DNA of 55,290 nt from the IMG/VR virus record IMGVR_UViG_3300023180_000023. One strand, 5' to 3'. Source of the stretch: an uncultured virus (IMG/VR IMGVR_UViG_3300023180_000023). Lineage: Duplodnaviria > Heunggongvirae > Uroviricota > Caudoviricetes. Within the stretch, counting starts at the first letter, position 1. Each line of letters opens with the position of its first letter. Position numbers and translations under genes: made by a program. Below are positions 18,901-28,354 of this stretch, one piece after another. Under the pieces are notes generated by a model. That model did not search any database. It worked only from the letters and a program-made list of their open reading frames with translations, and had not been told where the DNA came from.

Positions 18901-21900
18901 TACAGTACCTGCACCATTGGTAACAATATCTACAAGAAGACCAGTTCCTTCTCCAGTAGTTGCTTCACATTGAACACGTTCAATAGTTGCATTTGATGGA
19001 TAACCAGAACCACCGCTAATTGTGTTAATACCAGAAACTGCATCTTGACCAAATGATGGCAGAACTGTTCCAGTTGTGCCTGCAGAAGTTACAATATATG
19101 CATATTCACCTGCATAAAACTCTTGAGAAGCATTTACTGCCGCTTCTGTTGGGAATAATGTAAGTCCAAGTGCAGCGGGATCGTAAAAATCAGTAGGAAG
19201 ATCAAGAACATCATCTACAGAATATCCAGCACCTAAGTCAAGAATATCGACATATGATACCGAATTTAATCTCTTGATTGTATATTCTACTGCAGTTGTT
19301 GGAGCACCTGATGTAACAAGTTGTCCAGTTTGAGGATCTGTATATGTTAAGTCAGTATAATCTACAGTGAGAACATCTCCAATTAAATATCCAGATCCTG
19401 GCGAAGTAATATTAAATTCAGTAACTTCACCACCTTCTACAACTAAACGTGCTTGTGCATTTGAACCAGTTCCAGTAGCACCAATATTATTGACTCTAAT
19501 TGAGAATCCAGAACCTGTAGTTACCGATTGTGCAGAGAATGCTGCTCCAGATCCATATGTCACACTACCAACAATGATAGTTCCTACCATTGCTGGATGG
19601 TTGGCACAAACGTAATAATACGTTCCTGGAATTGTTAATGAAGTGTCAAAGCTTACAGTTCCATTTTCAGCACCGTTGTTTGTTGCTGGGAGAACATATG
19701 CAGCATTAAATCCTCCAGTAACTGGATCTAACTGAGAAACAAGATAGAATGGGTGACCAGTTGCGGAAACTGTAAATGAAATAGTATCACCAAGATTTAC
19801 ATTAATACTTGGATTACTTGCACTTGAATGTGTAGTGTTTCTATCATCACCACTAATTACATAGTTTGTACTACCATTATTTGTAACTGTATATGTGAAT
19901 GACAGATTTTCATATAAATCAGCATCATTAACTGTAAATGTATCAGAAGTAGTGTATCCACCTCCTCCTTGATTGACTGATGCAGATGTTACTACTCCAC
20001 CAGATACTATAACGTTGGCAGTAGCACCCGCTCCAGAACCTAAATTGTTTATTAACTGAACGTCGTTATAAGTTCCATCTGGATAACCACTTCCTGCTAA
20101 AGAGACAGTAAGATTACCTGAAAGTTTATTTCCCCCAACATCTGCAGTAGTAACACCAAGTAGATCGGATACTGCATATCCAGAACCTCTACTATTAATA
20201 ATAACAGAAGTTACAACACCATTTTCAATTGTAAAGTCGCCAGTTGCAAGAGTACCAGTTCCTCCTGTAAGAGAAACATTAGAGTAAGTACCATCTACAT
20301 ATCCACTACCTGGGGTGAGAGTTCCAAATACGGTAATTGCTCCAGATGCAACGTTTACATATTGAACTGGAATATTTTCATATGTTTCATTGTAGTAACC
20401 AGATCCTGGTTGAGTAATATTACCAGTAAATGCGACCGTTACATTTGCTTCAAAATCAGCACCAGTTCCACCTCTAAAGATTACATTGCTATATTGCCCA
20501 ACAACGTATCCTCTTCCAGGAATAATTGTATATTGATCAATTGCTTTATTGATTAAATCTACTGGTTTGAAGAAACTAATCTGCTGAGTAGTTTGCTTCA
20601 TGATAGGACCGTTATATCCTACCGTAATAATTTCATTTAAATTGCTGTAGAAACCAAGTTTTTCATCACTATCAAATGTAATCGATGGTGCAGTTTCCGT
20701 TCCATCGTTAACTAAAATTCTACCATCAAATCTGCTGTCTCCAACAACAGTAAATTTCTCATTAAACGTTTCGGCAATATTAGTAGATCCTGGATCATTA
20801 CCAATACTTACCACAGAACCAGTATCTGTTGCTAAGAATACGTGATTGTAAATCTTAGCACTGCTGTTAACTTCAAAAGTGTAATCTTCGAATTCTACAT
20901 CGTTTGGAGTGGTTGGACCAAAAATGCTGACTCTATTATTTGTTGCATCAATCTGAAGTAAATTGACATCAAAAGCAAAGTCCCCATTTAAATCTGAAGG
21001 GTCGCCTGCAACACCAGCAACTGAGAATTTACCATTGGTTCCTAAGTCACCTTGTACAGTGAGGTTTCCTTGAGTACCAATACCACCACTGGCAGTTAAT
21101 GTGCCATTAACTGTTAAGTTCTGTGCGGAAACTGAAGTAAAAGTGCTTTGACCAAGTGCAGCAAAATTCTCATTAACTGTAAGAGAAGCATTGAAAATAC
21201 CACCCTCTGCAGTGATATTACCTTGTTTTGAAAGTGCAAGGAAATTTTCAAGGATTGCACTACCAATAGAAAGGAAACCACCTTGACCATATTCGGTATC
21301 TGCTGTTGTATCAACAGAGTTACCCATTCCAATGTGAATACCACAATAATAATATAATGTACCTGCAGTATCTCCAGTAACAATAATGTAAGCACCATTG
21401 TTACCATTTAATGGTCCAGCAAGAGTAGTGTATTGCTCTCCACCAGGAGTGTTTGTGCCATCTGAAGTTTCTGAGAATCTGAATGGATGCTCTGTGAAAG
21501 TTCCAGGATAAGTTCCGTTTGGAGCAAATACAAACTTATAAAGGGTATCTTTATTGAGTGTTAGTGCAGGTGCTTCAACATATCCAGCACCAAGATCAAT
21601 CCAGAATGCGTTACCACCACCACCTGATTTTGGTCTTACCTGTACATTATACGTTACAGTTGTACCAATACCAGCAAGAGTGTCATTTGAGCGAAGTTCA
21701 AATGCTGGAGTAATCAATTCTCCAGTTAAATAACCTTCACCAGCGACAGCGGTTTCTTCTCCTTCATCAACAATATTAGCACTACTTAAGAATGTAATAT
21801 TATTGAATTCGAATACAAATCCATTACCTCCACCAGGAACGGTAGCAGTTACTGCGTCTCCAGTTACATATCCAGTTCCATTCCAAGTGCCACTTGGAGT

Positions 21901-24900
21901 GACGTTAGTTACTGTATATGAATCTGCAGGTACAGTATATGCAAATCCTGCACCACCACTTTGAAGTTGATTACCTTCAGTGTCAAAATAAATTAAATCG
22001 CTGTTATTTACTGTTAGAGTGTCACCAGCAGTGTATCCACTATCACCATCATTGGTAATGTTTACTTCAGTTACTGTACCACCACTTACCGTGATTGTTC
22101 CTCTCGCACCAGTACCCGTTCCTCCATTAAGTGGAATATCACCATATGAGTTATCGGTATATCCAGAACCTCCAGTAATGGATCCACCTGCAATACCTTT
22201 AACAGTTACTGTACCAGTACCACCAGTACCAGTTCCTGTTTGCTGATTTTGTCCTTGAACGTTTGTAAATGCAAGGTTACTGTAAGTTCCTGCTACATAA
22301 CCAGAACCTGCCTGAGTTACTTGACCATTGAATGCGGTTACTACTACATCCGCTCTCAATCCTGTACCAGAACCACCAGATACTGGAATATCAGTATAAG
22401 TTCCAGGGAGATACCCAGTACCTGGAGATCCTACTGAAATTGTTTCTGGGATTGAGGATGAGATGTTGATATCAGTAAGTGCTCTTACTTCACCAGGAGC
22501 AATTCTTAATACTGATCCACCATTAGAAACTAAATCATAATATCCATCTCCAAGGTCAACCGATTTTCTAATACCAGTGTCTTGATCGCCATCAAATGCA
22601 AGAGATAATCTTGTGCTACCTGAAGTGAATACTTCAAGATTAACTCTTTGATTCAGATTGATCTCATTACCAGTAAATGGTGTCAGGTTAATATTACCTG
22701 AAGTTGTAGAAATCGTATTACCGAAGAATGTAAACGCACCGACCTCAATGGACGTTGGAAGGATCGTGGTGGTGTCTGAACCAGCAGATACGAGCAATTG
22801 GTCAAAACTCGTTCCAGCGCCCGCTCCAGCGCCTCCAGAACCCGCAAAGGAGAGGGTTCCCTTCTCTTGGTCAACAAGGAAAAGATCACCTACACGGAAG
22901 TCGCCACTTTGGTCAATAGAAGTGAAGAATACACGACCATTGTTTTGCTCGACAACTTCGTTTGATTGTACAACTAAACTAGTGTCGTTATTGTCATCCT
23001 TACCAACACCAATATATCCAAAGTTATGACTGATAAGACGTAAACTTACACCAACACCATCAGCAGTAGCACCACGAAGACCATAAACGTTTGCAGATGC
23101 AATTGAGCGAAGTTCTGCACCAAATTTGGTATAATCTGCAAGAGTTACAAATGTTGCTGTTCCACCAGAAGTAGTTCTAACATCTTGAGCAACAATACTA
23201 TCATCTACAAATACTGCATTACCGTTTGCACCTTCCATATGAAGGAGTAATGCAGTATTTGTATCTGCTAAAAATTGAGTTGTTGTTGGAGTAAATCCAG
23301 CATTATATCTTGAAGCACCTTTAGTAATTCTAACTTCATCAATATATCCATTCATTGATGAAGAACCTTGAAGGTTTGCACCAATTCTCAAACCTCTAGT
23401 TGGGAAGTCATTACCATCAGTATAACTAACACCTACTTGAGATCCATCAACAAATAATCTACTGATTCCACTAGATCTAGAAAGAGCAATATGATGCCAA
23501 GTAGTTGGAGACAGTGCTGCTGCACCAGTAATTGCTGCAACTCCATTTACATAGTAAATTACATCGGATCCACTTACATAAACTACAGGAGAAATTTCAG
23601 AAAGTGATGTTGATCTAAAATCAAAGATTACTTTATTTCCAGAAGTATTAGTAAGACGTACAAACGCTTCTAAAGTATAATCTCCAGTGCTAAAGTTAAA
23701 ATCTGGATCTGATGGAACAGATAACCAATCTCCAGTTCCGTCAAAAAATGCTGAAGAAGTACCAAACTTAAATTGTGTAGTGCTTGTTACTACGTTACCA
23801 TTTGCAGAAACATTCTTACCTGTTGTTTCATCAGTTGCAATAATACGTCCTTCACCCTTTCCATCCAAGTAGACGTAAGTGCCATCGTTTTCATCGATGG
23901 TTCCATAACCACTAGTGACTTGATACGTCAAATTACCAGCACTTGCAGTGCCAGCAAAGATACCATCAATAACAAAACTATTTCCTGTTGTTACTGAGGT
24001 AATCTTATGGAATTCTGTTACACCACTCTGAGCACCAGAAGTGGTATTAATGTAGACAAGATCCCCTTGTGCCAGTCCATGACTGGATGAGGTGATTGTC
24101 ATAGTCAAAAGATCATCTGCACCACTGGTTGTATATGCACCAGAAACTGGAGAAGATCCTGCTTCAATTAAACCAACTTGGTTGCCAGATCCAGCAGTAA
24201 AATTACCAGTTTCCCCTTGGAGATTCAGTCGAGTTCTCGCTACTCCACCAAGACCAGTACCACCGTCTGGACTTTCTCCCAAAATACCATCTTGTGCATA
24301 ATATGTGAATGAGTTTAACCATTCACAACGAGCACCATTCTTAAGATATAAACCAACTGAATTAGGTACAACAAATGTACACTCATTAAACAGGATAGAC
24401 GCTTCAACAGTGCTTGCATTAGCAACAGAACCATCAATTAAAGCACCTCTACCAGCATCACCCTGATCATACCCTCTAGGGTCAGCAGCAGACGTTACAG
24501 AACCTTTTGTGAGGACACTGATCCTCTCAACATAAGGTCTTCTTTCAGTAATAGTAAAGTTTGATGCTAATCTAAAAGCATATCCAGTGTCATTAGTATC
24601 ATTATAATAGAAGTTTCTAATGGTAAGATCTTCAATATTAGCATTGCCGAGAAGAAGGAAGCAGTCAAGATCTTGAGTGGCAACGGTTGGTTGAATAAAA
24701 ACAGATTTAATTCCACGTCCTTTAATAGAAACATCAACTGGAATAGTTAATGGGAACTCTTCAGTGTAAACACCACCTTCAACGACAATTGTATCACCCG
24801 CTTGAGCAAAGTTATCAAGGGCATACTTGATTGAAGCAAATGCGGTGAACTCTGTTTTGCCCCAAGAATTTGCCCCTGTCGTATCTCCATGGCGGGGATT

Positions 24901-25167
24901 GACAGAACCAATTGTTGCTTTATCAGTGCCGTTTGCTGATACAAACCATGTATTTCCAACCCCATCTGTAATGGAGTCGGAAAGCATAGCAGGAACGATG
25001 GTTTCATCGTTCGGGTCAGCATTCAATACCTCTCTGATAGTACCGTTATCGTTTACAAATAACGTCCTATCATTAATATTAAGAGCTACCTCTCTATCTG
25101 AAAGGTCACTTATCTGGGGTACTGAATTCGGAGTCGTTGAACTCTTGAGTTTGATTCTGCTTGCCAT
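15904..25167 (-). CDS. Giant virion structural/fibre protein (3087 aa): beta-helix region, LamG domain, many GSGY repeats, two cupredoxin-like domains, C-terminal inserted propeller
   Basis: MASRIKLKSSTTPNSVP...EVALN fibre N-terminus; LamG (KFGTSSAFFDGTGDWL...WHHIALSR...GYIDEVRITKG, ~23235-23820); GSVRYNTDRNQFEGYNG and SLGGVRDVDGNTY motifs; YYCxxHxxM motifs. Confidence 0.85.
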   Translation of the reverse strand: MASRIKLKSSTTPNSVPQISDLSDREVALNINDRTLFVNDNGTIREVLNADPNDETIVPAMLSDSITDGVGNTWFVSANGTDKATIGSVNPRHGDTTGANSWGKTEFTAFASIKYALDNFAQAGDTIVVEGGVYTEEFPLTIPVDVSIKGRGIKSVFIQPTVATQDLDCFLLLGNANIEDLTIRNFYYNDTNDTGYAFRLASNFTITERRPYVERISVLTKGSVTSAADPRGYDQGDAGRGALIDGSVANASTVEASILFNECTFVVPNSVGLYLKNGARCEWLNSFTYYAQDGILGESPDGGTGLGGVARTRLNLQGETGNFTAGSGNQVGLIEAGSSPVSGAYTTSGADDLLTMTITSSSHGLAQGDLVYINTTSGAQSGVTEFHKITSVTTGNSFVIDGIFAGTASAGNLTYQVTSGYGTIDENDGTYVYLDGKGEGRIIATDETTGKNVSANGNVVTSTTQFKFGTSSAFFDGTGDWLSVPSDPDFNFSTGDYTLEAFVRLTNTSGNKVIFDFRSTSLSEISPVVYVSGSDVIYYVNGVAAITGAAALSPTTWHHIALSRSSGISRLFVDGSQVGVSYTDGNDFPTRGLRIGANLQGSSSMNGYIDEVRITKGASRYNAGFTPTTTQFLADTNTALLLHMEGANGNAVFVDDSIVAQDVRTTSGGTATFVTLADYTKFGAELRSIASANVYGLRGATADGVGVSLRLISHNFGYIGVGKDDNNDTSLVVQSNEVVEQNNGRVFFTSIDQSGDFRVGDLFLVDQEKGTLSFAGSGGAGAGAGTSFDQLLVSAGSDTTTILPTSIEVGAFTFFGNTISTTSGNINLTPFTGNEINLNQRVNLEVFTSGSTRLSLAFDGDQDTGIRKSVDLGDGYYDLVSNGGSVLRIAPGEVRALTDINISSSIPETISVGSPGTGYLPGTYTDIPVSGGSGTGLRADVVVTAFNGQVTQAGSGYVAGTYSNLAFTNVQGQNQQTGTGTGGTGTVTVKGIAGGSITGGSGYTDNSYGDIPLNGGTGTGARGTITVSGGTVTEVNITNDGDSGYTAGDTLTVNNSDLIYFDTEGNQLQSGGAGFAYTVPADSYTVTNVTPSGTWNGTGYVTGDAVTATVPGGGNGFVFEFNNITFLSSANIVDEGEETAVAGEGYLTGELITPAFELRSNDTLAGIGTTVTYNVQVRPKSGGGGNAFWIDLGAGYVEAPALTLNKDTLYKFVFAPNGTYPGTFTEHPFRFSETSDGTNTPGGEQYTTLAGPLNGNNGAYIIVTGDTAGTLYYYCGIHIGMGNSVDTTADTEYGQGGFLSIGSAILENFLALSKQGNITAEGGIFNASLTVNENFAALGQSTFTSVSAQNLTVNGTLTASGGIGTQGNLTVQGDLGTNGKFSVAGVAGDPSDLNGDFAFDVNLLQIDATNNRVSIFGPTTPNDVEFEDYTFEVNSSAKIYNHVFLATDTGSVVSIGNDPGSTNIAETFNEKFTVVGDSRFDGRILVNDGTETAPSITFDSDEKLGFYSNLNEIITVGYNGPIMKQTTQQISFFKPVDLINKAIDQYTIIPGRGYVVGQYSNVIFRGGTGADFEANVTVAFTGNITQPGSGYYNETYENIPVQYVNVASGAITVFGTLTPGSGYVDGTYSNVSLTGGTGTLATGDFTIENGVVTSVIINSRGSGYAVSDLLGVTTADVGGNKLSGNLTVSLAGSGYPDGTYNDVQLINNLGSGAGATANVIVSGGVVTSASVNQGGGGYTTSDTFTVNDADLYENLSFTYTVTNNGSTNYVISGDDRNTTHSSASNPSINVNLGDTISFTVSATGHPFYLVSQLDPVTGGFNAAYVLPATNNGAENGTVSFDTSLTIPGTYYYVCANHPAMVGTIIVGSVTYGSGAAFSAQSVTTGSGFSIRVNNIGATGTGSNAQARLVVEGGEVTEFNITSPGSGYLIGDVLTVDYTDLTYTDPQTGQLVTSGAPTTAVEYTIKRLNSVSYVDILDLGAGYSVDDVLDLPTDFYDPAALGLTLFPTEAAVNASQEFYAGEYAYIVTSAGTTGTVLPSFGQDAVSGINTISGGSGYPSNATIERVQCEATTGEGTGLLVDIVTNGAGTVTSISPNGNLSGDLFQVGDAFTLDNDFINTGIVGVAITSGGDNGAYGDTQTYDLSQSSTTGTGANAIIRFTSNAAGDITSVSVVSNGIGYQVGEILEFDGSLFGGGGGGGEEIGEIAGDPVTVYVIVNSLTNGSGANFTVSSIASSVVNGSATIAHNGYFPAGFSLTVNTLAEYNNIQFDAVDGVVTAKKLVASPDGVEIATTLLLNNNTISTTLGNLTLNAEANSQVVIGGSGALALPVGSDANRPGGPLQGSVRYNTDRNQFEGYNGNYFVSLGGVRDVDGNTYVIGEQFPGADDNNIWFYNDGTQTLRISQTELNLDTLNTINSNSYGTAVEWVSEAGVTQFVQDEEGNNIQQYVFSGDNVYSIDNDGTYGTSAPDHTTGTVANGDVNLTWLDYRYDDLNVNVDNVNVNVNGKFTLSTNQLEISSTATDEIIKTDRDALTFGFEPASSDSYQLLKLSNNGALQINRGFSSTADNYLTVLDAGLQKLELANTKIFTQTSTLDAAAGNIVSATMFPWAEAWSGKFMVEIEEQFPIPDAYPRKQYSEVSYLVKGNGQDILYTENNKLYTDVVLADVEADLSGSNVQVRVTELGSATDTYIPVAAERSGDITSSTFFTRNIASVIDTDADRVVIYANDNANFANGGFRVGTVEHNNIVFGTQIPLTATSNSDHASMAFDSATNRIVWASNSGDYIVGDVDPNNSNITFGSLGTFTSDSILIYSLSGGRDSRTCKILSVNGRMIIVYHTTSGVYEVNGTVTGGSINSVSWSTPSLLLGGTGLQDAFTDGTYLYVNFTSGAVRKYSIAGSTLTEETTASIGSGTSIQWAVVGTTRVLKMYYDTATSQIQVRYYDLNDLSEVGLVVSTGIDSEIFSVAGNPTNGQFMFTAALDYSGTNDNEQNINGVIIADGDNLSYTSRSRTYGALDQPVNYDGNLLNAGDLDVIFVGTRVDGEGNLHDMFVTSASTTNNISANADETVSFASAIENRTTYNIKIVSHTVKR

Positions 25168-25315
25168 TTATAGCATTCTCTGTTTCTATAATACTATTTA
25201 ACCGTTTTAATAAATCCTGTACTCTTGCTTCTAATACAACATTAGTAAGTGTCAAATCAGTAATCTTCTTTTGAAGAGTAGCGACCAAGACATTAACATC
25301 TATTTCATTGTTCAT
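25106..25315 (-). CDS. Small coiled-coil protein (69 aa)
   Basis: Heptad pattern VATLQKKITDLTLTNVVLEARVQDL; GAGGT ribosome-binding site; overlaps the next gene by 62 nt. Confidence 0.7.
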   Translation of the reverse strand: MNNEIDVNVLVATLQKKITDLTLTNVVLEARVQDLLKRLNSIIETENAINGKQNQTQEFNDSEFSTPDK

Positions 25316-25324
25316 TTTTTAACC

Positions 25325-27547
25325 TCAGGTGAATACTCCCCCATCAATTGTATCAGTCCAGACGGGGACCCCAGCAGCAGTTACTGTCAGGATCTGGAAT
25401 GATGTGGCAACGTCAGGACCAACTCCTGGGTTTGCCATGTTTGCACCAGCGGTTTCTAAAAGTTCACCAGTGCCATTTCCGTAAAGGATGCCATTGTAGT
25501 TGAATTCGGATCTTCCAGTACCGCCATAAGCGACTTGAAGATCGACATCTAATTCAAGTTTACCAACAACTACAGTACCTCGGTTTGAGGATACTGAAAG
25601 AACACGAATCTGTACGTTATCTGCAGGAGTGTTTCCACCAATATTAGCACCAGGAATGGTAAGTAAATCACCTTCTTGGTAGTAACTACCAGCAGTTGCA
25701 ACAAATGCATTAACAGGAGCACCATTGGCATCTCTAACTAATGTAATGGCAGCACCAGATCCACTACCGCCGCTAGCGGGAATAGCAGTATATGTTGTAT
25801 TTGCCTGTGATGGGAGGGTAGTTCCACTATTATTATTTAAATCATCTTTTTCAATTTGAACATCACCAAGAACACCTACTTGGTGAGTAAAGATGTTGTT
25901 AGTATTAACTGCATCCTCAATAAAAGTAAAGGCACCAGTTCCGTTGGCAGCACCAGTTCTATCATAACCAAAGAAACCAATCTTAGTAGTAGAACCGTTA
26001 ATATAGGTATAAGAAATACCACGATCCATACCATCATCACTACCCTGAGTGATTGATACCGCATCACCTGCAGCGATGGTTCCAGAAATACCAGTATTAA
26101 GACCCAGAAGAGTATTAACAAATACAGTAGTTGTTGCAATTGCAGGATCAATCTCTACAGATTGAGGAGTTCCTGTATTACCATCAGTAAGTTGAAAATC
26201 ATTATAGTACTCAGATTCTCTCAGAGATACATTAGCGTCAACTTGAACTGCAACAGTTGTTCCAGATTGAGAAATAAATGTACCAATACGCTCATAATTT
26301 GCACCATCATAAGTATAAATTGCAGTACCAACTGAAGGCGCAGAAGCAAATCCAGATGCGGTGCTAAATGTTACTGAAATAGAAGTGATAGTTCTACCAC
26401 CAGTTCCAACATTTGCTCCCGAAACTGTTGATCCAATAACTACTCCAGATGGATTATCAACAGAAAGTGAGGTTGACCCTGCGACTGCTTCACTCTTAAG
26501 TGACTTTTCTGTTACGTTATCACCAAGATTAAATACAGGATCATTGACCGTCATTTGGGTCGAGTTCACTGTTGTGGTAGTACCAGCAACTTGCAGATTA
26601 CCACGAATAATCAGATCACCAGCAGCATCTCCATTTCTAGGATCTGGGTCAAGAATCAGTTGACTTCCAGCATTCGTCGAAATGGTATTACCATCTAAAC
26701 GAATATTGTCAAGGTTTAATTGACCAGTTTGGTTTACAGTACCAGTAATATTCTGAGTTCCATTAAAAGTAACCGCAGCATTAAAAGTTGTGGTTGAATT
26801 AATGGTTAATGTATCAGTATTAGCAGTACCTAAAGTTACGTCGTCGTCAACTTTCAGGTTATCAATCCATGCAGTGCCTGCAACACCAAGACCACCATCG
26901 ATAACTACAGCGCCAGTTGAAACGCTAGATGATACTGTAGTATCAGCAAATTTAACAGCAACACCGTTATCAAACTGCCAATCTGCACCTTCTACTCTAA
27001 TTTTGTCACTAGTTGCTTCATCATAACGGATACCAGTGTCTCCGTCAGTACCAAACTGCAATCTAAGATCATCATCAAGACGAAATTCTGGAGTATTTGC
27101 TCCTACACGATCTAAACGAAGAACATTTGCTACTTCGTCAAATCTAAACTCAATATCTCCAGTAGTACCAAATTCCAGTTCTTGACTGTCTTCGATTACC
27201 AGTTTACCAGTACCGTTTGCTCTAAAGATCAGATCGGTATCGGTAGTATCTGTTTCGATAACGTTTGCATCTAAATTAATATCGTCTACTCTGAAACGAT
27301 CTACTTTAGAATTGTTATCTACAATAAGTGCTGAATCTGCGGTCAATGTACCATGTACATGATCCAACATATCAGTGAAATACTTACCACCAATTACTTG
27401 AACTGTGGTATTATTGTCACCAATAAAAACTCTGTCTCCACGGTTAACCTGAGTACCAGCACCAACTGTTACTGCAAGTTCACCGAATTCCAGTGAAGCA
27501 GGTACTGTAGTACCTGTACTTCTTTTGATAAGGATGGTTGATGCCAT
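25325..27547 (-). CDS. Tail fibre / baseplate-associated fibre protein (740 aa)
   Basis: MASTILIKRSTGTTVPASLEFGELA N-terminus, IGGKYFTDMLDH, GNLQVAGTTTTVNST, TGAVVIDGGLGVAG and C-terminal IDGG, all typical of T4-like cyanophage fibres. Confidence 0.8.
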   Translation of the reverse strand: MASTILIKRSTGTTVPASLEFGELAVTVGAGTQVNRGDRVFIGDNNTTVQVIGGKYFTDMLDHVHGTLTADSALIVDNNSKVDRFRVDDINLDANVIETDTTDTDLIFRANGTGKLVIEDSQELEFGTTGDIEFRFDEVANVLRLDRVGANTPEFRLDDDLRLQFGTDGDTGIRYDEATSDKIRVEGADWQFDNGVAVKFADTTVSSSVSTGAVVIDGGLGVAGTAWIDNLKVDDDVTLGTANTDTLTINSTTTFNAAVTFNGTQNITGTVNQTGQLNLDNIRLDGNTISTNAGSQLILDPDPRNGDAAGDLIIRGNLQVAGTTTTVNSTQMTVNDPVFNLGDNVTEKSLKSEAVAGSTSLSVDNPSGVVIGSTVSGANVGTGGRTITSISVTFSTASGFASAPSVGTAIYTYDGANYERIGTFISQSGTTVAVQVDANVSLRESEYYNDFQLTDGNTGTPQSVEIDPAIATTTVFVNTLLGLNTGISGTIAAGDAVSITQGSDDGMDRGISYTYINGSTTKIGFFGYDRTGAANGTGAFTFIEDAVNTNNIFTHQVGVLGDVQIEKDDLNNNSGTTLPSQANTTYTAIPASGGSGSGAAITLVRDANGAPVNAFVATAGSYYQEGDLLTIPGANIGGNTPADNVQIRVLSVSSNRGTVVVGKLELDVDLQVAYGGTGRSEFNYNGILYGNGTGELLETAGANMANPGVGPDVATSFQILTVTAAGVPVWTDTIDGGVFT

Positions 27548-27756
27548 CAGAACGAACCTCCGTTAACTGTTACGTTATTTAATACATTTGTGGTTTGGAA
27601 CTTTTGAGTTGTCGAATTATATACCATTAAATATCCATCACCTAAACCAAATGTATCTGTGTCAACATCTGCGAGGTTTTGAATCGTCGCAGCACCTCCA
27701 ACGGCAACTCTAGAAACTTGAGGGAAAGATTGATCCCCAAATCTAATTCTAGCCAT
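27547..27756 (-). CDS. Small structural protein (69 aa)
   Basis: LADVD...DGYLMVYNSTTQKF fibre-type repeat and NGGSF C-terminus; TGATG coupling with the next gene. Confidence 0.7.
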   Translation of the reverse strand: MARIRFGDQSFPQVSRVAVGGAATIQNLADVDTDTFGLGDGYLMVYNSTTQKFQTTNVLNNVTVNGGSF

Positions 27757-27757
27757 T

Positions 27758-28096
27758 TTAGATAGTTACTCCTTCTACTACTGTTAATACACCTTCCAGA
27801 ACTCTGGATTTAATTCCATCTGGAGCTGTAAGAACCACATCATAAACATATTTGCCAGGAGTCATTGCTGAAGTAACAGCATTAGATAAAGACAACTTAA
27901 CCGCCCCTACAAACGCAGGAGGTGTTATCTCGACCGAAATATCAGTCGAGGTGCTGCTTTCATAATGTTTTTTAATTTTTGATGCTCCTGTGTATCCAGT
28001 AAGGTCAAAACTAGAACCATTGTCTTTGGTTACAAAGAAATTGGTCTCAAAATCAGCACCTTGATATACAACAAGATTGGTTACCGCAGATAACAT
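27758..28096 (-). CDS. Small Ig-like baseplate/fibre adaptor protein (112 aa, BppU-N-like)
   Basis: NLVVYQGADF...DLTGYTGASKIKKH...GKYVYDVVL...RVLEGVLTV pattern. Confidence 0.7.
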   Translation of the reverse strand: MLSAVTNLVVYQGADFETNFFVTKDNGSSFDLTGYTGASKIKKHYESSTSTDISVEITPPAFVGAVKLSLSNAVTSAMTPGKYVYDVVLTAPDGIKSRVLEGVLTVVEGVTI

Positions 28097-28114
28097 TACT
28101 GTGTTCCTACTTCA

Positions 28115-28354
28115 TCAAGTATTTATACTACTAGCTAATTTAAGTAGTAAATCCTTGATTTCTGCAATCTCTTGTTTTACTTCCTTGAGTTCCTCAGCAG
28201 TATTTTCAATTTTATTCTTTTGTTCTAATCTTTTATTCCTTTCTGCAACGTATTGCTCAAATTCACTTTTGTTTGTATTTACAATAGCGTTTGAATATGG
28301 GTCACGACCCAGATCGCCGTGACCCTCAACAGGAATTAAGCCAGTGCTATGCAT
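28115..28354 (-). CDS. Small coiled-coil protein (79 aa)
   Basis: VEGHGDLGRDPYSNAIVN followed by a coiled coil (ELKEVKQEIAEIKDLLLKL); this type of gene typically follows VrlC-like genes in T4-like cyanophages. Confidence 0.75.
   Translation of the reverse strand: MHSTGLIPVEGHGDLGRDPYSNAIVNTNKSEFEQYVAERNKRLEQKNKIENTAEELKEVKQEIAEIKDLLLKLASSINT
28120..28127 (-). promoter_or_regulatory. T4-type late promoter TATAAATA
   Basis: Exact consensus 23 nt upstream of the ATG at 28096, inside the 3' end of the upstream ORF. Confidence 0.7.

Noticed and set aside
1..27547. Diversity-generating retroelement or invertible tail-fibre cassette
   Set aside because: I saw no reverse transcriptase, recombinase, near-identical template/variable repeat pair or opposite-strand fibre fragment; the repeats are diverged at DNA level.
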